DNA from: a virus | Taxonomy: Duplodnaviria > Caudoviricetes | IMG/VR virus record: IMGVR_UViG_3300010362_000003 | Span: 1-47,435 of that record | DNA length: 47,435 nt | Reading direction: 5' to 3' (one strand) | Shown here: positions 1 to 9,666 of the stretch, in pieces | How positions within the stretch are numbered: the stretch's first letter is position 1 | Layout of the letters: each line of letters opens with the position of its first letter | Program-made: the position numbers and the translations under genes | Notes under the pieces: generated by a model | What the model saw: the letters and a program-made list of their open reading frames with translations, nothing else | The model's database searches: none | Told to the model about the DNA's origin: nothing

Positions 1-123
1 GCGTCTCGAAGTTCGGCAGCACCGCGGTGCCGTTGTCGTCGACGATCGGCGCGACACCCAAAGCCGGAAAGAAGCAGGGCCCGACACGAGCGAGCCGGTT
101 CGTGCCTTTGATCCCGGCCCAGA
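1..123 (+). repeat. Terminal direct repeat, left copy (circular assembly overlap)
   Basis: 1-123 is identical to 47313-47435, and a reading frame runs through the join. Confidence 0.95.
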
Positions 124-1150
124 CCCGTTCCATCCCGATCGTGCCGGCGGAGCCGAACATCGATAGCGCCGGCAGGTTCGTGAACTTGAACCACTGCCGC
201 TTGTTCAGGTCGCAGACGAGCGTCACGTTGACGTTGTCGGTGCGGACGATCGAGATCACGTAGTAGTCGAGGAAGACCGCGGCCGAGATCGTCAGCTTGT
301 TCTGGTAGAGCGGACGCCAGAAGTAGCTGATCGAGCCCTGCGAGGCGAGGTTGCGGATCGCGGAGCCGTCGGTCATGTGGACGCCGTGCTCGTCCGCGAA
401 CAGGACGTTCTCGTTCCAGTAGCAGATCGTCTTCGGCTCCGTCGTGCCGGCGCGACCAAAGAGCGACTCGAGGTTCAGGTCGGCCTGGGTGAAGCCGGTG
501 TGCGGCGGCACCGTGCCCCTGATCCGCTCGATCGAGCCGGGGTGGAAGACGAGGATCATCGAGCGCAGCACCGCCAGGCCGGTGATCTTGCCGGAGGTGC
601 GCACGAACGAGTTCACGTCCCAGGCTGCGGTCGCGTCATTCGGCGGCGAGAACCAGACGGTGTCCTCGGAGCCGGTCGCGCCGCCGGCGATCACGTAGGC
701 CTTCCAGACCGCGCCCACCCGCGCCTTCGGCGCGTTCGCGCCAGCGCCCACGTTCGCGGAGGGCGTGACGATCGAGGGCGGGACGTTGCCGTAGGTGTCA
801 AACCAGGCCGTCTGGTCGAAGAGCTGCACCGGGTTCTGGCCCGCCGCCGGCACCGTGCCTCTCGAGGTCAGCCCATAGGGCGAGTCGGGGGCAACCTGGT
901 AGAGGTTGCCGGCCGCGGTCGAGGCGAGGATCTGCTCGCCGGCCGTGAACGGAGCGAGGATGCCGGCGACGAAGTCTGACGAGGCGGCGGCCGAGCCCCA
1001 GAGCCAAGCGCCCCGCCCCGTCAGTTGGGTGTCGATCAGGGTTGGTACGAAGTCGTTGATGTCCCAGAGGTAGCCGCGGGACATGTTGTCGCGTGGCATG
1101 TCGCGCGCGAAGGCGCGGGCACCCTGGAGGACGGAAACCGGCGCAGCCAT
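1..1150 (-). CDS. Tail tubular/nozzle (stabilization)-like protein, 5' part; continues across the origin to 46921 (513 aa in total)
   Basis: ATG at 1150 overlaps the upstream TGA (MAAPVSVLQGARAFARD...). The frame is open to base 1 and continues in 47312..46921. Beta-rich sequence, located after the adaptor gene as in podoviruses. Absent from the ORF track because it is split. Confidence 0.7.
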   Translation of the reverse strand, partial: MAAPVSVLQGARAFARDMPRDNMSRGYLWDINDFVPTLIDTQLTGRGAWLWGSAAASSDFVAGILAPFTAGEQILASTAAGNLYQVAPDSPYGLTSRGTVPAAGQNPVQLFDQTAWFDTYGNVPPSIVTPSANVGAGANAPKARVGAVWKAYVIAGGATGSEDTVWFSPPNDATAAWDVNSFVRTSGKITGLAVLRSMILVFHPGSIERIRGTVPPHTGFTQADLNLESLFGRAGTTEPKTICYWNENVLFADEHGVHMTDGSAIRNLASQGSISYFWRPLYQNKLTISAAVFLDYYVISIVRTDNVNVTLVCDLNKRQWFKFTNLPALSMFGSAGTIGMERVWAGIKGTNRLARVGPCFFPALGVAPIVDDNGTAVLPNFET

Positions 1151-1794
1151 CAGGTGTAGGCCCCACTGCCCGACACCGAGGGGAGCTGGACGCGCCGGCC
1201 GGGTGCCCGCGCTGTGCCGCGCTTGTTGACGAGCGCGCGGATCTGGGCGAGCCGACCGCTACGGCCGTCCTGGCCCTCATAGAGGACCCGGTAGTACTCG
1301 CCGTTCTGGGCGAGGCTGTCGTCTGCGTAGTCCGCGAGCTTCCACAAGGCGTAGGTGACGATCGCGTCGTGGTACTCGTCGGGGACCGCGCCGCAGTCCT
1401 CGAAGCCTGGTGTCTGCGCGTCATCTGTCATCTGCTGCGGACGCAGCACGCCCCAGACCTGGATCTCGCCGTCTGCGTCCGGAGTCGGCTGGATCAGCAA
1501 CACGTCGGAGCGCACCAAGGTGAACGAGGGGGAGAGCACCTGACCCCTGCGGGCTCGAGGGCGCGCGCCGTTCTCCACGTCGACGAGCGCGAGGATCGAG
1601 TGGTCGAGCGTGTACTCGTCCTGGTTCGCGCGCGTGCGCAGATCGACGCAGCGGACCGTGCAGCGGGTGCGCGCCAGCAGATCGATCGTGCCGAAGTAGA
1701 GCTGGTCGTTGATCATCTGCGTCTCGTTGTACGAGGTCTGGTCCTGCAGCCCGAGCCAGCGAGAGACGTTGTCGACCATCTGTTTACGCGTCAC
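1150..1794 (-). CDS. Head-tail adaptor / tail tubular protein A-like
   Basis: 214 aa with a PDEYHDAIVTYALWK-type C-terminal motif, directly upstream of the nozzle-like gene. Confidence 0.6.
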   Translation of the reverse strand: MTRKQMVDNVSRWLGLQDQTSYNETQMINDQLYFGTIDLLARTRCTVRCVDLRTRANQDEYTLDHSILALVDVENGARPRARRGQVLSPSFTLVRSDVLLIQPTPDADGEIQVWGVLRPQQMTDDAQTPGFEDCGAVPDEYHDAIVTYALWKLADYADDSLAQNGEYYRVLYEGQDGRSGRLAQIRALVNKRGTARAPGRRVQLPSVSGSGAYT

Positions 1795-1994
1795 TTGTCC
1801 TCCTTCGGCCAGAGCACCTTCGTGTCATGGTCGAGCTCGATCTCCTCGAAGCGCTCGCGCTCGACAAAGAAGCCGTAGCGTGAGATGCCGACATCCCGGT
1901 TGCGGCGAAGCAGCGCAACCAAGAACAGCACGCCGACGACCACGAGCGCGAGCGCGGCGAGGCTATAGCCGTTGAAGCTCAGCCCTTCAAGCAC
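1791..1994 (-). CDS. Small membrane protein (lysis cassette)
   Basis: One hydrophobic segment; overlaps both neighbours. Confidence 0.6.
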   Translation of the reverse strand: MLEGLSFNGYSLAALALVVVGVLFLVALLRRNRDVGISRYGFFVERERFEEIELDHDTKVLWPKEDK

Positions 1995-2293
1995 GTGGCG
2001 ATCTGGGTCGGCCCCTGGCCCTGCACGATGATCACGAGCGCGCTGAACGTGTAGCCCGACGGACAGCTCTCGGCCCCCGGCGAGCCGGGATCGCCCTTCG
2101 GGCCCGCTGGCCCCGCCGGACCTGCCGGCCCCTGCGGCCCCGTGTTGGTCGGGATGCTGAGCGTGACCGTCTGGGTCGGCTGTTGCGAGCCGATCCCGAG
2201 CGCCTTCGTGGCAAGGAAGCCGGCGCTCCCGGCGAGCACGATCGCGACCCCGAGCAGCCAGAAGCTCTTAGCGAACCTGATGATCCTGCTCAC
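1979..2293 (-). CDS. Membrane-anchored collagen-like protein (lysis cassette)
   Basis: N-terminal TM segment and Gly-X-Y run GPQGPAGPAGPAGPKGDPGSPG. Confidence 0.7.
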   Translation of the reverse strand: MSRIIRFAKSFWLLGVAIVLAGSAGFLATKALGIGSQQPTQTVTLSIPTNTGPQGPAGPAGPAGPKGDPGSPGAESCPSGYTFSALVIIVQGQGPTQIATCLKG

Positions 2294-2459
2294 GGGCGAT
2301 CCTGACCCCCTCGTGCAACGCCTTGTCGATCTCGTCGATCCGCTTCTGGCAGTCGTCGTCGGCGCGGCGCTTCTGCCTGCGGACGTACCAGGCGGCGCTC
2401 AGCACCGAGCCGATCCCAGAGAAGAAGGCTCCGAGCGCGGCAAGCTGGTCCGTTGACAC
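2268..2459 (-). CDS. Putative holin / small membrane protein
   Basis: N-terminal TM segment with charged tail, immediately after the endolysin. Confidence 0.55.
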   Translation of the reverse strand: MSTDQLAALGAFFSGIGSVLSAAWYVRRQKRRADDDCQKRIDEIDKALHEGVRIAREQDHQVR

Positions 2460-2460
2460 A

Positions 2461-3366
2461 TCACTCTGCGACTCTTATGAATTTCGTCGCCTGACCGTTC
2501 ACGTCGCGCTGCCGGCGCATCACTTCACCCCCGTTGCTGTCGTTCCCCACCGCAGTGTTGCCTTCTATGGCATTGAACGTGTGACCGCCTGTCCACTCCT
2601 CGAAGAAACCGATGTGGTCGTACTCGCCGTTCCACTGCCAGTCGTAGCAGACGAGATCGCCGGCCTTCGGGCTCGAGGTGACGCTCAGCCCGAAGCGGCC
2701 GTTGTAGGCGTCGGAGACAACGTACGGGACGTAGCTGTAGCGCGACTGGTTGCGGTCGAACGTGCTCGAGCCGGGACCGCCGGAGGAGTCGTAAGACCAC
2801 GTGCAGAACATCGCGCACCACGGCCCGACCATCCCATACCACTGCGTGTACTTGCACTGGTTCGAGCCGGCCGGCGACTCCTTCGTGCCGAGCTCCCCGA
2901 TCGCGCGCTCGAGCGCCTGCTGCCGCTTCGTCTTCTGCGACGGCGGCGGCTCGTGCACATCGTCGTAGGCCGCGTTGATCAGGTTGACGGCGACCGAGTC
3001 CATCGCCATTTCGCCCGCGTGCGTTCTGCCCTGCGGCACCTTGACCGAGCGGAGGAAGTTGAACGTCTTCTCGCCGAGGTTGCCGGTGATGTCGAGCGTC
3101 CCCGACCACTTCTGTAGCCCCTCGATACCGGCGTGATCCTGGTCGTTCCAACCATCGCCGTGGGCGAAGCGGTTCGAGTAGGAGTCGTCCCAGCCGTCCG
3201 GGTCCCACGGCCACGCGCCGATCCGGGCAGCTGTGCGCTTCAGCGCCAGCACGAAGTCCGAGTCGGGGCTTGGTCCTTTCGGGCTGTCCGGCGGATACAA
3301 ACTTCCTGGGAACCCGCGCACGACCACCATCGGGCCCCCACGCGGCGGCGAACTATTCCAAGCCAT
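2461..3366 (-). CDS. Endolysin with C-terminal CHAP domain
   Basis: PWCAMFCTW, GDLVCYDW, DHIG and IEGNT CHAP motifs; N-terminus is probably peptidoglycan-binding. Confidence 0.85.
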   Translation of the reverse strand: MAWNSSPPRGGPMVVVRGFPGSLYPPDSPKGPSPDSDFVLALKRTAARIGAWPWDPDGWDDSYSNRFAHGDGWNDQDHAGIEGLQKWSGTLDITGNLGEKTFNFLRSVKVPQGRTHAGEMAMDSVAVNLINAAYDDVHEPPPSQKTKRQQALERAIGELGTKESPAGSNQCKYTQWYGMVGPWCAMFCTWSYDSSGGPGSSTFDRNQSRYSYVPYVVSDAYNGRFGLSVTSSPKAGDLVCYDWQWNGEYDHIGFFEEWTGGHTFNAIEGNTAVGNDSNGGEVMRRQRDVNGQATKFIRVAE

Positions 3367-3428
3367 CTATCACTCCTCGAGGTTGCAGCGCGGGACCCGA
3401 CCCCCTGTAGGCAGATCCCGCGCCACAG

Positions 3429-3728
3429 CTAGGACGACTTGGCGGAGCTCGAGCTCGCCGTCGTTGCCGCCGTCTGCTTCTCCGCGGCCTTCTCGGCGTC
3501 CGCGGCAGCCTTCGCCTCTTCAGTCGCGACCTTGTGCTCGTTCTCTGCGACGGCGGCGAGCTCCTCGTCGCGCGCGTCGTTACGCTCGTCATGGAGCTTC
3601 TGCTCCTCCTCAGGCAGCGTCTCGACGCCGTCGATGCCCGACAGGTCGGGCGAGACGTACCCGGCGGCCGGATGCCCGGTCGGGAGCGTCAGCTTGCGCT
3701 CCCCCTTCTCCTGTGTGCTGCGTGCCAT
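3429..3728 (-). CDS. Hypothetical protein (low-complexity A/E/K/S tail)
   Basis: AAGGAGG RBS; genome-typical codons. Confidence 0.7.
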   Translation of the reverse strand: MARSTQEKGERKLTLPTGHPAAGYVSPDLSGIDGVETLPEEEQKLHDERNDARDEELAAVAENEHKVATEEAKAAADAEKAAEKQTAATTASSSSAKSS

Positions 3729-3768
3729 CCATCCTCCTTTGGTTATGTCACCTTCAACAGTTTCAGCA

Positions 3769-4572
3769 TTAGGCGGCGCTGTAGATCGGGATCTTGTACC
3801 AGTTGCCGTCGATGTTGATCCGCAGGCTTTCGGCTGGAGCGCCCCAACTGGCGGAACCCCACAGTTTCACGTCGAGCAGAACGTTTCGCCCTTCAGTCGT
3901 TGACCTGAACCCGCCTGCCTGCATCTCTCCGTCTGTCGTCACGCGGCCTGCAGTACCGCGGTAGAGATGCGTGTCGTACGCGTTGCTGAAGTACAGATGG
4001 CCGTTCGAGTGCAGCATGATCTGGTTTGCCGTACCGTTGTTTGCGACCACAGCGGCCCCCACGACGACCTGGCCGTTGGTGAGGAGCGAGGCAGCGCCGT
4101 TGCGTTGGATGTAGGTATCGCCCGCCGAGCCGAAGTAAATGCCTGCGTTCCCACCTGGGGTCGAGATGGCTACTTGCCCAGCCGCGTTACCGGGCCGCAC
4201 GGTGATGTCGCCCCCGGTCTGGAGCGCACCATCTGTCTTCAGCGTGCCCGCCGCCGACCGGTACAGGTTCGTGTCCGCCGCCGAGCCGAACCTCAGACCA
4301 GCCTCGTTGGACGGCCCCTGGTTACCGACGGCCACCTGGCCCGCCGCACCAAGCCGCGCAAGAAGATCGGCGACAACATTTAGGGTGCCGTCCGTCTTCA
4401 GCTGGCCCGCCGCCGACCGGTACAGGTTCGTGTCGCCCGCCCACTTGATCTGCTGCGCAGCGACAAGCTGGTCGACGCCAGGGACGGTGGCGAGCGCGTT
4501 CTCGATCACGTCCATGTGCGCCTTGTCGACCGGCGTCGAATTGTTGACCCAGACCTGCTGCGTGTACGTCAT
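3769..4572 (-). CDS. Tail fibre-like protein with DTNLYRSAAGxLKTDG repeats
   Basis: About 4 repeats; paralogous to 15690..16847; ATG at 4572 overlaps the upstream TGA. Confidence 0.65.
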   Translation of the reverse strand: MTYTQQVWVNNSTPVDKAHMDVIENALATVPGVDQLVAAQQIKWAGDTNLYRSAAGQLKTDGTLNVVADLLARLGAAGQVAVGNQGPSNEAGLRFGSAADTNLYRSAAGTLKTDGALQTGGDITVRPGNAAGQVAISTPGGNAGIYFGSAGDTYIQRNGAASLLTNGQVVVGAAVVANNGTANQIMLHSNGHLYFSNAYDTHLYRGTAGRVTTDGEMQAGGFRSTTEGRNVLLDVKLWGSASWGAPAESLRINIDGNWYKIPIYSAA

Positions 4573-5756
4573 GAGCACCCCGCTGGTTCGAGATCGAAGT
4601 CGTAGACGGGCGGCTGCGGGTGGATGTAGCGGTTCTCGCCGCCGCAGATCACGCCTGGGTTGCCGCAGATCGTCAGCGGCACCTGGACGGTGGGACTCGG
4701 GTAGCCACAGATCGGCATGTCGTGCGTGCCGAGGCAGAGGATCTCGTCGAGGTAGAGCGGCTCCTCTGACGGCAGCGCATCGATGTAGGTGATCGCGCCC
4801 GCGAGCAGCGCCTGCCCGCAGAGGAACTCGTTCAGGATCGTCGGGTTAACGTCGGTGAGGCAGTCGAGTGGGCCGAGGTCTTCGTCGACACAAGGCAGGT
4901 CTTCGATGTAGACGATGTAGGCGTCGATCAGTCCGAACGCCTGCGCGCTCGGGACACCAGGGACGACGAAGCGCTGGGCCGCGCTGGGTGTGCTGAACTG
5001 CTGCGCGCTCGGAACACCGGGGATCGAAACGAGGTAGGCAGCCTTGATGACACCGAACGCCTGCGCCGAGGGAACGCCGGGGATCGCCTTCGTGAAGCCG
5101 GAGCGGGTGACGATCGCGCCGAATGCCTGCGCCGAGCCGACGCCTAGCAGGGGGACGCGGTAGGTCGCGAGAACCGTGACGGTGCCGAACTGCTGCGCCG
5201 ATGGGACGCCGCCGATTGCGACGGTGCGGACGGTCTTGACCGTAATCGTCCCGAACGCCTGCGCGCTCGGAACGCCGCCGGTCGGCTTCGCGACAGTCGT
5301 CTTCGGCGTGATCGTGCCGAAGGCTTGAGCCGACGGGACGCCACCGATACTCCTGACGAGGACGCTCTTCAGCGTGAAAAGGCCGAACGCTTGCGCGCTC
5401 GAGACGCCGCCGATCGAGCGGCTGACGGCCGTCCTGATCGTGATCGCGCCGAACGCCTGCGCCGAGGGGACGTAGCCTGGCCCGAACTGGAGCGCCGCCT
5501 TGATCGTCCCGAACGCCTGCGCCGACGGGACGCCGGAGATGCTCCTCGTCTGCGCCGTCGTGACGACCGGCGTGATCGTGCCGAACAGCGTCCCCGCGAG
5601 ACCGCCAGTGACGTGGCCGTCGCCGGAGGTGACCTGCCCGCAGAGCGAGGTGTGCGGCCGGTAGACGGCCGGGAGACGCGCGTAGTTCTCGGCCGTCTCC
5701 CCGGCGACCCTCCCGTTCAGGAGGAACTTGTTGAGGATCGCGACGACGGTCGCCAC
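4569..5756 (-). CDS. Virion-associated repeat protein (about 20-aa GVPSAQAFG repeats)
   Basis: About 11 tandem repeats followed by an acidic Cys/Pro-rich C-terminus. Confidence 0.7.
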   Translation of the reverse strand: MATVVAILNKFLLNGRVAGETAENYARLPAVYRPHTSLCGQVTSGDGHVTGGLAGTLFGTITPVVTTAQTRSISGVPSAQAFGTIKAALQFGPGYVPSAQAFGAITIRTAVSRSIGGVSSAQAFGLFTLKSVLVRSIGGVPSAQAFGTITPKTTVAKPTGGVPSAQAFGTITVKTVRTVAIGGVPSAQQFGTVTVLATYRVPLLGVGSAQAFGAIVTRSGFTKAIPGVPSAQAFGVIKAAYLVSIPGVPSAQQFSTPSAAQRFVVPGVPSAQAFGLIDAYIVYIEDLPCVDEDLGPLDCLTDVNPTILNEFLCGQALLAGAITYIDALPSEEPLYLDEILCLGTHDMPICGYPSPTVQVPLTICGNPGVICGGENRYIHPQPPVYDFDLEPAGCS

Positions 5757-5763
5757 GGTCTAC

Positions 5764-6180
5764 CTAGAGCTTGGCGATGAACGGGTTCGTGTTCTGAAAC
5801 TGCAGCGTGATGTCGCCGCCGTTCGGCGTCACTGTCCAGCCGTCGATGTACCAGAGCAAAGGCGACGTGCCGGCGACGCCCGTGTCCTTGAAGAACGCGA
5901 CACAGTCGATGGCAGCACCGGAAGGGACAGCGGTGAACGTCGCGTCCGCGGCGTCGAAGCAGCCGGGGTCAGCGCCGGCACCGTTCGCCGTCTTGGTGCC
6001 GAGCGTCACATCGGTGACAATCGCAGCGGGCAACGAGCTTGCGAACTGGTGCGCCTGCGAGATCGTGTAGGCCGACGTGCGCATCAGGCGACACTTGACC
6101 GTCGTACCGCCAGCAGTGAGGTCGCCGATGGTCGCCTTCAGCGCCTCCTGCAGGAAGAAGTTGTAGTGCTGGCTAGCCAC
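5764..6180 (-). CDS. Putative virion structural protein
   Basis: FDAADATF...TPNGGDIT motif typical of phage structural proteins. Confidence 0.6.
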   Translation of the reverse strand: MASQHYNFFLQEALKATIGDLTAGGTTVKCRLMRTSAYTISQAHQFASSLPAAIVTDVTLGTKTANGAGADPGCFDAADATFTAVPSGAAIDCVAFFKDTGVAGTSPLLWYIDGWTVTPNGGDITLQFQNTNPFIAKL

Positions 6181-6361
6181 CGAGGTTCACCACCTGATGC
6201 TCGCCCTCGATCTCCGCTCGTTCACTGGAGTCGTAGTCGCGCGACAGCTGCCCGTCGGCGTAGCCCTTGAGGATGAACAGGTCGGCCAGCTCGTCGGGGA
6301 GCTCGATCTCCGTGCCCGCGACATGCTCGTCAACCGAGTTGATCATTTGAACCACGGTCAT
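6173..6361 (-). CDS. Small hypothetical protein (capsid-associated?)
   Basis: MTVVQMINSVDEHVAGTEIELPDELADLFILKGYA; GAGG RBS; ATGA overlap. Confidence 0.6.
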   Translation of the reverse strand: MTVVQMINSVDEHVAGTEIELPDELADLFILKGYADGQLSRDYDSSERAEIEGEHQVVNLGG

Positions 6362-6708
6362 CGTTTTCCCTCCTCGGCCTTGGCGGCCTCCTCGTGGACA
6401 CGCTCGCGTTCCTCTGCCAGGTCGAAGCCCCGGTAGACGCGCTCGACGCCGCCGTACTCCTTGGCGAAGTAGGCGGCCTGCTCGCGGCGGACGTAGAAGC
6501 CGCAGACGTGGCAGCGCTCCGGCCAGGAACGCTCGAACGGCTCCATGCACTTCATGCAGACGAAGCCGGCCCGCAGCCGGTCAACGTCGTCGGCGTTCAG
6601 GATCAGCTTGGCTGCGCCGAGCACGCGGCCGTCCGGGAGCCAGATCCCCTCCTCGTGCCCAGGGTCGATCTCGATCGGCACGACGGGCCGCCGCCAGCGC
6701 TCAGTCAC
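6358..6708 (-). CDS. Zinc-ribbon protein
   Basis: CMKC...CHVC. Confidence 0.65.
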   Translation of the reverse strand: MTERWRRPVVPIEIDPGHEEGIWLPDGRVLGAAKLILNADDVDRLRAGFVCMKCMEPFERSWPERCHVCGFYVRREQAAYFAKEYGGVERVYRGFDLAEERERVHEEAAKAEEGKR

Positions 6709-6717
6709 GCCGCCCGC

Positions 6718-7290
6718 CTAACCGACGATCTCTTCGGCCAGTTCGGCGGGGCCCGGCGAGCGCTCGTCCTCGATCATCTGCTCGAGCGCCTCGATCACCT
6801 CGACCCGGTCCTGGCTCTGGCGCTCGTAGGCGAGTACCTCCTCGAGCTGGTAGCCGTCGTCGACGAGCTTCTGCATCAGGTCGACGAGCGAGCCCTCGAA
6901 CTCGTCGTAGCGCGGCCACGGCGGTGAGAGCTTCACTTCCGGTACCGCCATTAGGTCGTTCGGGTAGTCCGCCGCCAGCTCCTGGAGCTCCTCCTCGACC
7001 ATGCGGCGCTCCTCGTCCGACCACTGGTTGTCGATCTGCGCCTGGATCGTGTCGAAGGCACCGATCCGGTAGTCGGGGGCGACGGTCGTCACCTCGTCCC
7101 GCTCCTGGTAGGAGCCGTTGAAGCTCCAGTGCGCGACCGCGAGCTCGCGTTCGGCCGGCAGCAGGTGGCCTTCGTGGAACTGCGCGACCAGTGGCGTCTG
7201 GATCACCTTCGAGACACCGCTCGCGTAGTACTCGGTCAGGTCGCGGCGGACCATCGTGCCGTAGCGGCCGAACCTCGAGATGAACCTCAT
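6718..7290 (-). CDS. Hypothetical protein
   Basis: Start moved to ATG 7290 (MRFISRFG), which follows an AAGGAGAGG RBS. Confidence 0.7.
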   Translation of the reverse strand: MRFISRFGRYGTMVRRDLTEYYASGVSKVIQTPLVAQFHEGHLLPAERELAVAHWSFNGSYQERDEVTTVAPDYRIGAFDTIQAQIDNQWSDEERRMVEEELQELAADYPNDLMAVPEVKLSPPWPRYDEFEGSLVDLMQKLVDDGYQLEEVLAYERQSQDRVEVIEALEQMIEDERSPGPAELAEEIVG

Positions 7291-7309
7291 CCCTCTCCTT
7301 TGGTTAGTT

Positions 7310-7344
7310 GTGGGGGCTGGGGAGTCGTCGTACCCAGCCCCCAC
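7310..7344 (-). terminator. Hairpin after the major capsid gene (attenuator or mRNA stabiliser)
   Basis: 12-bp stem GTGGGGGCTGGG/CCCAGCCCCCAC; no U tract on the minus strand. Confidence 0.55.
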
Positions 7345-7353
7345 TTCTCTGGC

Positions 7354-8562
7354 TTACGGTGGTGCCGTAACTCCGTAGAGGATCCCGTGCGCGCGCTCGT
7401 GCACGACCTCGAACGAGGCCTCGCGCAGATACTCGGCGCTGTAGGAATCGCGGCCCTTCGGCTGCTGTTCGGTCAGGAGCTTCGTGTCGCGGTCACGCAG
7501 TGGCCGCTGCTGCACGTACTCCATGTCGACCAGGAAGCCGTAGGTGCCGTAGCCCTTGTTGGCGGTCGGGAACTCCGACCACTCCTTCTTGACGACCACG
7601 GGGACGCGGTAGCCGTAGGCACCGGAGATGAACGCGTCCACATGCACACCGTGGACGTTCTCCGGGGTCGGCTGCCACTGCGAGCCCATGCCGGAGCGGT
7701 TCCACTGCGCCATGTTGAGCGCGACCAACGGTGCGCAGAAGAACACCTTGTCGGTCGAACCGTTCGCCATCACGTCCATCAGGAACGTGTCGAAGAAGGT
7801 CGGCGTCAGCGGGCCGTTCGCATCCCGCTTGACCGTCTGGATGTACTCGATCATGCCGCCGCAGGTGCCCTGCGGTTCGGTGTTCGTGGCCGAGGAGGCG
7901 ATGAAGGAGCGAGCCCCGTAGAAAAGGATCGCCTCCCACTTCCGCTTGTGCTCGCGCGCCTTGCGCTTCGCTTCCTTGGCCGGCTCGCGTCCACCGGTCT
8001 TCTCGATCGCCGTGTCCGTGGCTGTGAACGTCCACGGGGTGCGGGTGATCTGGGTGAAGTTGTAGCCGAGCACGCGCTGCAAGTAGCGCGCGTTCGGCAG
8101 GTCGGAGCCCTGCGGCTCCGCGTCGGCAACGACGAGGTACTGGTCGCCGGCGTTCGTCGCGGCGGCTGCGATCGAGCCGATCCCGCGTGCGACGACGAGC
8201 GCGTCGGTCGTGACCGAGACGATCCGCAACGCCTCGCCTGAGCGCATGTTGCGGATCAGGTCGTTGGCGGCGACGATCTTGCCCTGGCCCGAGTTGAGGT
8301 TCAGCGCTGTCGAGCCGGAGGTCTGTGCGTCCCCGGTCACGAGCCGCGGGAAGTCCTCCTCCTCGAGCCAGTTGACTTTCTCTCGTGTTGCCACCTGCGA
8401 GGGCGTCTTGTCGGTCATCGTCGAGAACTGGGTCGCATCCGGCTTCAAAGCCCGGATGCGGTCGTCCATGTCGATGACCTTCTCGCCCTCGGCTGTCGTG
8501 GCGGCGGACGGCCCGAGCTGCTCCTCGGTGCCGACCATCCCCTGAATAACGGTGCCAGCCAT
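7354..8562 (-). CDS. Major capsid protein (DUF5309/SU10-like, HK97 fold)
   Basis: 402 aa after the scaffold; WLEEE, YNFTQI, EHKRKWE..FYG and GGMIEYI motifs. Confidence 0.8.
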   Translation of the reverse strand: MAGTVIQGMVGTEEQLGPSAATTAEGEKVIDMDDRIRALKPDATQFSTMTDKTPSQVATREKVNWLEEEDFPRLVTGDAQTSGSTALNLNSGQGKIVAANDLIRNMRSGEALRIVSVTTDALVVARGIGSIAAAATNAGDQYLVVADAEPQGSDLPNARYLQRVLGYNFTQITRTPWTFTATDTAIEKTGGREPAKEAKRKAREHKRKWEAILFYGARSFIASSATNTEPQGTCGGMIEYIQTVKRDANGPLTPTFFDTFLMDVMANGSTDKVFFCAPLVALNMAQWNRSGMGSQWQPTPENVHGVHVDAFISGAYGYRVPVVVKKEWSEFPTANKGYGTYGFLVDMEYVQQRPLRDRDTKLLTEQQPKGRDSYSAEYLREASFEVVHERAHGILYGVTAPP

Positions 8563-8637
8563 CTGGCTGTCCTCCCTGCATGACGAAGTGACGGTTGTCG
8601 CTTCGGCTGCGGGGTGTCTCTCGAGGGAGGCCCGTGC

Positions 8638-9666
8638 CTACGGCCGAGCGAACTCGGTGTCCAAGTCCTCCAGCGTGAGTCCCGGCATCAGCGTTCGGTT
8701 CGGCCGGGGTGTCTCCGTGGTCTTGGGCGAGCTCGTCGCGGATGATACTGCGGCGTTTCGGCGTGCGCCATCCGCGGAGGCGCGCGCCTGCTTCTTGATC
8801 TCCTGCCGCTGCCCTTCGATCGAGGCGCTCGCGTCGCGCGTCATCTGGAACAGCGTCACGATCCCGTGCATGGCGGTGTCGGCGTTCGACGACTTCGCCT
8901 CCAGCACGACCGGGTGGTTGGGGCCGAGCTGCTCCGCGACCCGCGCCATCTGCGGGTACCAGGCGGCGAGCTCCGGGCTCTGCTCGGCGAGCGCGTCGAG
9001 CACCTGGTCGGTCGAGGCCTCGACCGCCGGCGGCGGCTGGTAGAGCTGCGCCTCGCGCATGTCGATGTACTGGCCGGCCCGGCCCGCCTCGAACGGGTTC
9101 TCGCGCGCCCACTCGCGGCAGACGGCGCGCGCCAGCTCAAACTGATTCTCCCCGAGGGCCTGACGGACGTAGGCAGCGGGGTTGACGGAGCCAGCTGCCT
9201 GCTCCGCCCATTCGCGCTGCGCGTCGTTCAAGGGGGGGGCGCCGGAGAGCGACTGCGCCTCGAGCATCGCCTGCTCGAGCTCTGAGTTGCGCTGACGGAT
9301 CGCGGCGAGCTCCGAGCCCTGGCGACCGAAGGCGCGGGCCAGTTCGGCCGCGCCTTTCAGTCCCTTCTCCACGTCGCCCTGGTACTTGGCGAGGAAGGCC
9401 TGGATCTCCGGATCCTCGAAGGCGGTAACAGTGGTGCCTTCGTCGGGCTCCTCCTCTTCCTCCTCGGCCTCCTCCTCCTCGGCGGGCTCCTCGGCCGGCT
9501 CCTCTTCGGCCGGCTCGTCGGCGGGGAGCTCCTCTTCGGCGGGCTCTTCGACGGGCTCTTCCTCCGGCGGCGGCAGGATCTCCTCCTGCGTCTGTGCGAC
9601 CGGGGTCTCCTCGTCGTCGTCCCAGGCGCTCAGGATCGCCTCTGTCACCTGTTGGCTGTCAGCCAC
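8638..9666 (-). CDS. Capsid scaffolding protein
   Basis: Very acidic EEPAEE N-terminus, helical, located between portal and capsid. Confidence 0.7.
   Translation of the reverse strand: MADSQQVTEAILSAWDDDEETPVAQTQEEILPPPEEEPVEEPAEEELPADEPAEEEPAEEPAEEEEAEEEEEEPDEGTTVTAFEDPEIQAFLAKYQGDVEKGLKGAAELARAFGRQGSELAAIRQRNSELEQAMLEAQSLSGAPPLNDAQREWAEQAAGSVNPAAYVRQALGENQFELARAVCREWARENPFEAGRAGQYIDMREAQLYQPPPAVEASTDQVLDALAEQSPELAAWYPQMARVAEQLGPNHPVVLEAKSSNADTAMHGIVTLFQMTRDASASIEGQRQEIKKQARASADGARRNAAVSSATSSPKTTETPRPNRTLMPGLTLEDLDTEFARP

Noticed and set aside
1-123. 123-bp terminal repeat as biological genome ends
   Set aside because: It falls mid-gene with the frame continuing across the join, so it is best explained as an assembly overlap of a circular contig
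9440-9570. Tandem DNA repeats
   Set aside because: They simply encode the acidic EEPAEE region of the scaffold protein
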